Positions 16,146 to 22,792 of a stretch of DNA of 22,792 bases are shown piece after piece; position 1 is the stretch's first letter, and each line of letters begins with the position of its first letter. Location: the IMG/VR virus record IMGVR_UViG_3300033143_004906; one strand, 5' to 3'. A program made the position numbers and the translations under genes. Source of the stretch: a virus. Below the pieces are notes generated by a model. That model had not been told where the DNA came from and made no database searches. It saw only the letters and a program-made list of their open reading frames with translations.

Positions 16146-17821
16146 AATATTTAGTTAAAGGTCGAAAAGTTGACCTAAAGCAAAATGACTTTGTTGCTAA
16201 AGGAGGCGAAGGAAGTGTTTTTCGGCAAGGGGAAAAAACATTTAAAATTTATACCGAACCGAAGAAAATGATCCCTGTTGGAAAAATACAAGAACTGTCT
16301 AAATTAAAAAAAGGTAACATCATAAGACCTCAGGAAATTATCTTTTCTACTAAAAAGAAACCTGTAGGATTTACAATGAAATGGGTTAATGGAATTCCTA
16401 TATGTAAAATGTTCACAAATGATTTCAGAAATCGGCAAGGAATAACCGAAGATATGGTAATTGCCTTAGTCGAAGAAATGAAATTAACTATTGATTTTAT
16501 TCATAAACAGAAATGTTTAGTAGTAGATGGTAATGAATTGAATTATATGGTGAACCAGAAATTCACAATTCCATATTTCATTGATGTTGACAGTTACCAA
16601 ACTCCGTCTTTTAAGGCAACAGCAATAATGCCATCAATTCGAGATTATCAAGCGAAGATACTATCTCCTATCACTGATTGGTTTTCATTTGCAATCATAG
16701 CATGTCAACTTTTTATCGGAATTCATCCATTCAAAGGAAAACATCCAGATTATAAAAAGAAAGACATGACAAAAAGAATGATTGAAAATGTATCAATCTT
16801 CAATTCAAAGGTTCGAGTTCCTCCACCAACCAGAGATTTCAACTTAATTCCTATCCATTACAAAGAATGGTTCTATTCATTATTTGAAAAAGGAATAAGG
16901 ATGTTACCCCCTGATATGCCTGGTGATGTAATTTTCTCTCAAATTCAAACTATCATTATAAAAAGTACTGATAACTTTGAAATAAAAGAGTTAAGATCAT
17001 TCATTGGAGATATTTTATATTATTCAGTTAGATATGGAGTTCATATTACCAAAACAAAAGGGACTCTATATATCAATCATTTACAATATAAAATAAGTCC
17101 TGATGTTGAGGTTCTCTTAACAGAGTCGGAACATGTTTTAATCAAAATCGAAAATGAAAGACTTCAGGTTAAAAGTTATGCTAATAAAGATCTAGTGGTT
17201 CCTGATCTAGCATGTCAAGAATTTATGATTGTTGATAACTGTTTATATCTCAGAAATAAAGGTAGTTTCACTGAAATAAATGTACTTGAATTAAAAAATA
17301 AAATTATATTTAATACCAAAGAAACATGGAGTATAATGCCGAATTCAAGTCATATGTTTAGTGGAGTTATATATCAAGATGTTCTTGGTATACCCTTTAT
17401 ATGTATCCCTATTCCTGATCCTTCTGGAATGGGCTCATTTCATATATATAAGGTTCCCGAGATAGAAGGATATAAGGTTATTGATGGAAAATATAAATCC
17501 GGTATTTGCGTTCTGATTGGTTATAAGAAAGGTGAATACCATATGTTTATATTGAAATTCGGAACTAAAATGGGGTCCTATTCATGTAGAATAATAAATG
17601 ATATAAACAACCCTGTTATAAATTTTACGGTTCTTGATAATGGTCTCGTTGTTTTAATGAACGATGATACGCTTGAAATATTCTCATATGATCCTTCTAA
17701 AGGAGATGTTAAAACATTCAATGATCCAGATGTTAATTCAACAAACAAATTATTTAGTGAGGGAATGAGAGTGCTGTTTGCAAAGGGCGACAAACTCTGT
17801 TCTCTAAAAGTCAAAAAATAA
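16142..17821 (+). CDS. Eukaryotic-like Ser/Thr protein kinase with an unknown ~280-aa C-terminal domain
   Basis: Gly loop AKGGEGSVF, Lys in FKIY, catalytic loop LVVDGNELN (D-x4-N), DFG-like IDVDS and subdomain IX-like WFSFAIIACQLFIGIHPFKG. The start ATGA overlaps the PP2C stop. Confidence 0.8.
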   Translation: MKYLVKGRKVDLKQNDFVAKGGEGSVFRQGEKTFKIYTEPKKMIPVGKIQELSKLKKGNIIRPQEIIFSTKKKPVGFTMKWVNGIPICKMFTNDFRNRQGITEDMVIALVEEMKLTIDFIHKQKCLVVDGNELNYMVNQKFTIPYFIDVDSYQTPSFKATAIMPSIRDYQAKILSPITDWFSFAIIACQLFIGIHPFKGKHPDYKKKDMTKRMIENVSIFNSKVRVPPPTRDFNLIPIHYKEWFYSLFEKGIRMLPPDMPGDVIFSQIQTIIIKSTDNFEIKELRSFIGDILYYSVRYGVHITKTKGTLYINHLQYKISPDVEVLLTESEHVLIKIENERLQVKSYANKDLVVPDLACQEFMIVDNCLYLRNKGSFTEINVLELKNKIIFNTKETWSIMPNSSHMFSGVIYQDVLGIPFICIPIPDPSGMGSFHIYKVPEIEGYKVIDGKYKSGICVLIGYKKGEYHMFILKFGTKMGSYSCRIINDINNPVINFTVLDNGLVVLMNDDTLEIFSYDPSKGDVKTFNDPDVNSTNKLFSEGMRVLFAKGDKLCSLKVKK

Positions 17822-17832
17822 AGGAGCTTATC

Positions 17833-18951
17833 ATGACTGAAAAGAAACATGTTGCACAAACCCTTATGACCCTGCTTATTAATCCACTCGTTATGGATAT
17901 TCTCGACCGGAATATAAGTATGGAAGATATCATTCCTCAAGTTAAGGAATTTTGGGGATATGACCTTATGAGCAGAAAACCTGGACCTGCTTATGATGGA
18001 AATGGAATTTTTCAGGGAACCAATCTCGACCTGGCGTGTTTTCTATACAACCTCATTGAACGTAATACAGTTATCAACATTCCGACCTATGATTCTTTCA
18101 GTGCTCCAAGACTCAAGGAAGGACAGACAATACTGTCAAAAGATAATCGCAATGGAGAGTTATTGGCGGTTATTGGAAACAAGTCCAATTTCCGGTTTTC
18201 GGTTCGTATTATGGATATGAATATCGTCAGTGCTGATAAAGTCGGGGACTTCCGTACATTTACCTTAACCGATAATGATGGAACCTGGTATAAAGGGTGG
18301 AATGAAATTCAGTTTGTTCCGACCATCAATGAAAACAAATTCATAACCGAAAATCAATTATGGTCCGGAAACAGAATTATTTTCACCAATTTTGTTCATC
18401 CGAATCGCTGGACTTCTTTCTTCGGGCATCATTATGCCATTACCAAACTTCTGATAAAGAGATTGACAGACGAGCGATCGTATCTGAATGTGTTAAAGAA
18501 AGAAATGATTGCTGATGGTATTACCTATCCTTCGGGATGGGCAACTTCTCCACAATCATTTCCGTCAGGAGAAACAAAACGTCTCAAAGTCGATTCGTTT
18601 GAAGTTCAGATTGATGTTCCCAATAATGATTCAAAATTTCCCGAGTATGAAAAATCTCAGGAAAGTCTGGTGCATTTAAACAAGATGTGGAAAAATTACG
18701 GTTCCACTATCGAAAGTCTCCGGTTCATGACCAGAGTTACTGAACTCGCCCATTACAATAAACCCGACAGAATGCCCTCCTGGTTACAAAATGTCGAGTG
18801 GGAACATGGTTATAAGGTTCCCCCGCGAGGAAGAAGTGAATGGGATCGTCTCGTTCTATTTCAGCCAGGTGTAGGTGAAACCGGAGTTTCAATCCGAAAG
18901 AGAAGATTCGTAAAATCAGAAACTGTTTCGGCCAGATACGAACCAGCATAA
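17833..18951 (+). CDS. Hypothetical protein (372 aa), immediately downstream of the kinase
   Basis: AAGGAG SD 7 nt upstream. Moderately GC-richer than its neighbours. No motif recognised. Confidence 0.75.
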   Translation: MTEKKHVAQTLMTLLINPLVMDILDRNISMEDIIPQVKEFWGYDLMSRKPGPAYDGNGIFQGTNLDLACFLYNLIERNTVINIPTYDSFSAPRLKEGQTILSKDNRNGELLAVIGNKSNFRFSVRIMDMNIVSADKVGDFRTFTLTDNDGTWYKGWNEIQFVPTINENKFITENQLWSGNRIIFTNFVHPNRWTSFFGHHYAITKLLIKRLTDERSYLNVLKKEMIADGITYPSGWATSPQSFPSGETKRLKVDSFEVQIDVPNNDSKFPEYEKSQESLVHLNKMWKNYGSTIESLRFMTRVTELAHYNKPDRMPSWLQNVEWEHGYKVPPRGRSEWDRLVLFQPGVGETGVSIRKRRFVKSETVSARYEPA

Positions 18952-18963
18952 CAGAGGTATAGT

Positions 18964-19116
18964 ATGAAAGATATTACTAAAAAGTTTTTTGAGGTACTTG
19001 AAAATAATTTAGATCGTGGATTTGAATCATGTCTTAAGCGTCTTGAAAAAGCTAAAACTCAACAAGAAATGGCCCTGATTGTTAAAAAATTTGAAAAAGA
19101 ATATGGTCTTTCTTAA
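18964..19116 (+). CDS. Small hypothetical protein (51 aa, MKDITKKFFEVLENNLDRGFESCLKRLEKAKTQQEMALIVKKFEKEYGLS)
   Basis: Not in the track, which applies a length cutoff. ATG with AGAGG upstream. Helical, charged composition. Confidence 0.35.
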   Translation: MKDITKKFFEVLENNLDRGFESCLKRLEKAKTQQEMALIVKKFEKEYGLS

Positions 19117-19125
19117 CAATTCAAA

Positions 19126-19152
19126 GGGAGGGTATATATAATATACCCTCCC
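19126..19152 (+). other. Perfect 12-bp-stem palindrome GGGAGGGTATAT-ata-ATATACCCTCCC (terminator-like hairpin or protein-binding site)
   Basis: Exact inverted repeat. No clear T-tract. It lies between the small ORF and the downstream operon. Confidence 0.45.
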
Positions 19153-19175
19153 ATATCATATATATAGAGAGGATT

Positions 19176-19520
19176 ATGGAACTATTAGAAGAATATTTCA
19201 AACTTCAGAAAAAGATTTATGAATATTTTGATTATGTTGAAGATTGGGTTGTTATTCCATTAGATGATGCAACTGAAATGTATTGGCAAATTGACGGCGG
19301 AGAAGGATATGATGGATCAGTTGTATATTGTGAAATTAAAGAAGCTGTAGAAAAAAGAACTGGTCAGGAATATGGAGGGCCAATATATACTCAACGATTT
19401 CTTCCTAAATGGGTATACAGAGCTGATGATTATACAATGATATGTATTGATACTCAAACAGACGGTAACAAATTTTTAATGGTGTTTGATAATAAAAAAG
19501 AAGTCAATGAGATATCTTAA
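19176..19520 (+). CDS. Hypothetical protein (114 aa)
   Basis: GAGAGGA SD. First gene of a tightly overlapping five-gene operon. Confidence 0.7.
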   Translation: MELLEEYFKLQKKIYEYFDYVEDWVVIPLDDATEMYWQIDGGEGYDGSVVYCEIKEAVEKRTGQEYGGPIYTQRFLPKWVYRADDYTMICIDTQTDGNKFLMVFDNKKEVNEIS

Positions 19521-19884
19521 AGAAATAGATAAAATTATAGCAGAAGAAATATTCAAATGGACAAATGTTAAATTTAAAACAGGTGGAAATATATATTTTG
19601 GTGAGCCTGATGATGATTATAATAAAGATTACCCATCCAATAAACATAGTATTAGAGTTCCATTATGGAGTAGTTATGGATCTACTGCGTTAGAATTAGT
19701 TGAAAGGATGCGATTCTTAGGATGGTGTATAAAAATGAAAGCTTCAAATTCAGGAAATTATCGAGTTAATTTTTATGATTTAGATTATCCTGGATTCGGA
19801 TCAAATGCACCTACTTTAGAATTAGCGATATGTGAAGCAGCAATAAGAACAATCAGAGAAAACCAAGGAGAAATTGTAATATGA
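19507..19884 (+). CDS. Hypothetical protein (about 126 aa)
   Basis: The track start at 19486 is a TTG. The ATG at 19507 overlaps the upstream stop by 14 nt. Confidence 0.6.
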   Translation: MRYLKEIDKIIAEEIFKWTNVKFKTGGNIYFGEPDDDYNKDYPSNKHSIRVPLWSSYGSTALELVERMRFLGWCIKMKASNSGNYRVNFYDLDYPGFGSNAPTLELAICEAAIRTIRENQGEIVI

Positions 19885-20282
19885 AAACTAAAATGGATTT
19901 TGTAACAAACTCAAGTTCAACTTCATTTGTAGCTTGGGGAATAAGTATGGAAAGGTCTGAATTATCTGAAAAGTACGGAGAAGCAATTTATAAATATCTA
20001 AAAACAAATGGAGATGATAGAATAAAAAAAGATCTAGAAACCATAAGTTTTGAAGAATTCTGTTATGATATTTACGAATATGTTTGGGACGGAATTGCAG
20101 GTCTAGATACTGCAGCCAGGTGGGAAGACGATATTATGATCGGAGGTTCACCAGATGATATGAAAAGTGATCAAACAAAGAACGAGTTCAAACAAGAAAT
20201 ATGTGAAAACTTTGCCAAAATTGGAATTGAAATGACTCCTGAAACTCTTGAATGGATTCAAGAAGGATGGATGGACGGATGA
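19881..20282 (+). CDS. Hypothetical acidic protein (133 aa)
   Basis: ATGA start/stop overlap with the previous gene. AAGGAG lies upstream. Confidence 0.7.
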   Translation: MKTKMDFVTNSSSTSFVAWGISMERSELSEKYGEAIYKYLKTNGDDRIKKDLETISFEEFCYDIYEYVWDGIAGLDTAARWEDDIMIGGSPDDMKSDQTKNEFKQEICENFAKIGIEMTPETLEWIQEGWMDG

Positions 20283-21382
20283 TAAAAGAATTTCCGACAT
20301 TATACGCTTTAGCGAAAACAAAGAAAATCAAACAGTGGACAACATGGGTTGAAGAACATGAAAATAATATAGCAACTATTCATGTCGAAGCTGGTTATAT
20401 AGATGGAAAAATTAATGATAAACCGAAGACAATTAAAAAAGGAAAAAATATAGGGAAGTCTAATGAAACGACTCCTTATACTCAAGCAATTTCTGATGCT
20501 CAATCAAAATGGAATAAAAAAAGAGATAAAAATTATGAGTTAGAAGTACCCGATCCTAAAAATTACGTTCCTAGAATTATGTTACCACAATTAGCAAAAG
20601 GACCAGGTAAAGGAAAAATTATATATTCTTGTTTCATACAACCTAAATTAAATGGTATTTGTAATTTAGCTGAATTACTTGCCAACTTAACTGTATTACA
20701 TCATTCAAGAGGCGGAAAATTATTTGAAACTATTGCACATTTAGATGAATGGGTTAGACGATGTAATCCTATTGCTCCATTACACGGAGAATTATATATG
20801 CATGGTGTTAGTTTACAAACAATAGGATCTTATACAAAAGAGTTAAAAGATGATTGTGAGAAACTCGAATTTTGGGTTTATGATATTGCTCATACAGAAT
20901 TACCTTTTGAACAGAGATTGAATTGGATGAGTGAAAATATAGCTACATTACCTCCAGAATGTCCTATTAAAATGACCCCTACATTCCTTGTAAATAATAA
21001 AGAAGAAACTAAACATTATCATGATAAATTTGTTTCTATGGGGTTTGAAGGAGGAATGTTAAAAAATAAAAATGGTATTTATATGTTCCAATATAATTCC
21101 GATGAGATTGAAAAAGTTAAATCATTTGAAGATAGTGAATTCGAAATTGTTGGTGGAAAACAAGGTGAAGGTCTTGATGAAGGTTGTGTTGTTTATAGAT
21201 GTAAAACTGAATCAGGTCTCGAGTTTGATGTTCGCCCGAGAGGAACTGTTGAGTTAAGACGTAAATGGTTTATAGAACTTGATCAAGTCATTGGAAAACC
21301 TTTAACCGTTAGATATCCTGAGCTTACTGATAGTGGAAAACCAAGTCAGGGAGTGGGTATCGCAATAAGAGATTATGAATAA
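20279..21382 (+). CDS. ATP-dependent nucleic-acid ligase-like nucleotidyltransferase (LigE or phage-type minimal ligase fold) with an atypical motif I
   Basis: Motif I PKLNGICNL...SRGGK (KxNGxC instead of KxDGxR, followed by the SRxG element), motif III LHGELYMHG, motif IV EGGMLKNKNGIY, and an OB-like tail (FEIVGGKQGEGLDEGCVVYRCKTESGLEFDVRPRG). The ATG at 20279 overlaps the TGA of the previous gene. Confidence 0.65.
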   Translation: MIKEFPTLYALAKTKKIKQWTTWVEEHENNIATIHVEAGYIDGKINDKPKTIKKGKNIGKSNETTPYTQAISDAQSKWNKKRDKNYELEVPDPKNYVPRIMLPQLAKGPGKGKIIYSCFIQPKLNGICNLAELLANLTVLHHSRGGKLFETIAHLDEWVRRCNPIAPLHGELYMHGVSLQTIGSYTKELKDDCEKLEFWVYDIAHTELPFEQRLNWMSENIATLPPECPIKMTPTFLVNNKEETKHYHDKFVSMGFEGGMLKNKNGIYMFQYNSDEIEKVKSFEDSEFEIVGGKQGEGLDEGCVVYRCKTESGLEFDVRPRGTVELRRKWFIELDQVIGKPLTVRYPELTDSGKPSQGVGIAIRDYE

Positions 21383-21792
21383 TGAATAAAGTTCAAGAAA
21401 TAACCGTATATGACATTGATAAATATATACAAAAAAAATCAGATGGAGAATATAAAGTCCATAGAGAAAATGAAATTACTATTATGGAATTTCCTTATGG
21501 GGTTATTGTTACCGGAATTGAAGGAGTTCATGAAATAAAAAATTTAGTCACAGATAGTATTAAAATTGAATTGGCTAAAATTAATAGGAAAACTCCTAAT
21601 AGTATTCCATTAATTCCTCACGCTCTTTCTGCAATTCCTCTTAAAGAATTTATGGATAATTGTTCTTCAAGAAAAGATACTTTAGGGAATTTTATAAGAA
21701 AATTTGGAAGTCGACTAGAAACGAACTATCGAATAATGTTAGATAGTATAAAAGAAGTTGGTGGTGATCCAGATCTATTCCCTAGAAAATAG
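21382..21792 (+). CDS. Hypothetical protein (136 aa)
   Basis: TAATG overlap with the ligase-like gene. Confidence 0.7.
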   Translation: MNKVQEITVYDIDKYIQKKSDGEYKVHRENEITIMEFPYGVIVTGIEGVHEIKNLVTDSIKIELAKINRKTPNSIPLIPHALSAIPLKEFMDNCSSRKDTLGNFIRKFGSRLETNYRIMLDSIKEVGGDPDLFPRK

Positions 21793-21804
21793 AAATAGAT
21801 TATT

Positions 21805-21840
21805 AAAAAGGAACGAAATATTATTTTTCGTTCTTTTTTT
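21805..21840 (+). terminator. Rho-independent terminator (AAAAAGGAACGAAA-tattatt-TTTCGTTCTTTTTTT), probably bidirectional
   Basis: 8-bp core stem GAACGAAA/TTTCGTTC flanked by an A-tract and a T-tract. It ends the five-gene operon. Confidence 0.6.
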
Positions 21841-21941
21841 GTTCCGAATACTATATATATTAATTAGTAATTAAAGAGTTGTTACCCTTAAAATTTAAAT
21901 AAAATTAAATCAATGTATATTAACTACGAAAGGAGAATATC

Positions 21942-22792
21942 ATGTACTGTTCTATATGTGAGGTATTTGATAATTTCGATGAGTTTGATATCGAAAAAAT
22001 ATGCGAAGCGCTTATTCCAATATTGACGTTATACTGGAATATATTTATAAACGTAAAAACCAGAATCAAAATTTTAAACGGGGATATAGTGCATTCCCCT
22101 GCAAACTTTAAAAAATTAGAACATCGAATTAAAGATGTAGTCGTTGTGGACGGCGAAAGAACCATCAGTATTTATACCTATTTTTCAACTCGTGTAAATA
22201 AAAAAATAGAATTACAAGTACGCGAACAACTCTGTCTTAAAATTCAGACTGGGTTCGACCGAGTCAAAAAACGAATTGACCTTGAAATGGTGGAAGATAT
22301 GGCAGCTTCGATAATTGATAGACCTTTCGGGTTAACAACTATCGTAAATGCCAATACAGGAATAATAAAATATATTAATGATGTCGGTGCAAAAATCTTA
22401 GGAACAACACGAAACAAGATTGAAGGAAAGGAAAATATATTCAACATCATTCCTGATCGTGTCTCCAGAAACTGGAAGAAGAAGATCAAAATAATGAGAA
22501 AGAACGATACCCATTGCTGGTCACGATGTAATGAATTATCTAAAGGGATGTTTTTCAAAACCGAGTTCACCAGATTTAAACATTCAAATGCTGCCGATGT
22601 ATGGGTGGTTATAAATTCCCATGATATCACTGAACAAAAAATGGTTGAAAGAGGTCTCGCTGAAAGCAAAAGAGATCTCGAATGGGTTCTTACAAACATC
22701 AATGAGGTTATTGTGGTAACTGATACTAATTATATAATAAAAACTGTTAATAAAGCTTTAACAGAAACCCTCGGGTATGACCCAAATAACAT
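21942..22792 (+). CDS. PAS-domain sensory protein (N-terminal part; it continues beyond the window)
   Basis: AAGGAG SD 7 nt upstream. I translated it myself. About 115 aa of unknown sequence are followed by two PAS-like segments (MVEDMAASIIDRPFGLTTIVNANTGIIKYINDVGAKILGTTRNKIEGKENIFNIIP... and LEWVLTNINEVIVVTDTNYIIKTVNKALTETLGYDPNN). Confidence 0.75.
   Translation, partial: MYCSICEVFDNFDEFDIEKICEALIPILTLYWNIFINVKTRIKILNGDIVHSPANFKKLEHRIKDVVVVDGERTISIYTYFSTRVNKKIELQVREQLCLKIQTGFDRVKKRIDLEMVEDMAASIIDRPFGLTTIVNANTGIIKYINDVGAKILGTTRNKIEGKENIFNIIPDRVSRNWKKKIKIMRKNDTHCWSRCNELSKGMFFKTEFTRFKHSNAADVWVVINSHDITEQKMVERGLAESKRDLEWVLTNINEVIVVTDTNYIIKTVNKALTETLGYDPNN

Noticed and set aside
17578-18220. ORFs 17578..17940 (-), 17993..18220 (+) and 18737..18949 (-)
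   Set aside because: They overlap the kinase and 372-aa genes in alternative frames or on the opposite strand, and have no ribosome-binding sites.
20309-21257. ORFs 20309..20503 (-) and 21072..21257 (+) inside the ligase-like gene
   Set aside because: They are low-complexity off-frame translations with no SD.
21920-22702. Minus-strand ORFs 21920..22165 and 22244..22702
   Set aside because: They are antisense to the SD-led PAS-domain gene. The second is rich in hydrophobic runs, as expected from the reverse translation of AT-rich coding sequence.

Overview
The window is AT-rich and densely coded, and almost every start codon has a strong Shine-Dalgarno (AAGGAGG-like) site, so it is prokaryotic. 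I read it as a phage, prophage or accessory island, but found no integrase. Left part (1..7369, minus strand): a structural module. A MucR/Ros-like zinc-finger gene is followed by an intrinsic terminator, then an 829-aa fibre-like protein, a 203-aa protein and a giant ORF that runs off the start of the window. The track does not list this ORF because it is incomplete and has no internal Met. Its product is a collagen-like (Gly-X-Y)n protein whose X and Y are almost all Ser or Thr. The repeats are interrupted by three near-identical CBM5/12-type (chitin-binding domain type 3) modules and one unrelated ~80-aa domain. Right part (7433..22792, plus strand): accessory genes arranged as compositionally distinct cassettes, alternating AT-rich and noticeably GC-richer blocks. 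They are: a 771-aa protein that by eye has Major Vault Protein architecture (MVP-like beta repeats, then an SPFH-like shoulder domain, then a coiled coil) with its own terminator; a small Cys-rich protein; an RNase H-like protein immediately followed by an RtcB RNA ligase; a PncA-type nicotinamidase; a vWA(TerY)-PP2C phosphatase-Ser/Thr kinase triad matching the TerY-P triad; a 372-aa unknown; a five-gene translationally coupled operon containing a ligase-type nucleotidyltransferase with an atypical motif I; a terminator; and the start of a PAS-domain protein running off the right edge. All domain calls come from reading motifs in the supplied translations and my own translation of the unlisted ORF. 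No database search was run.
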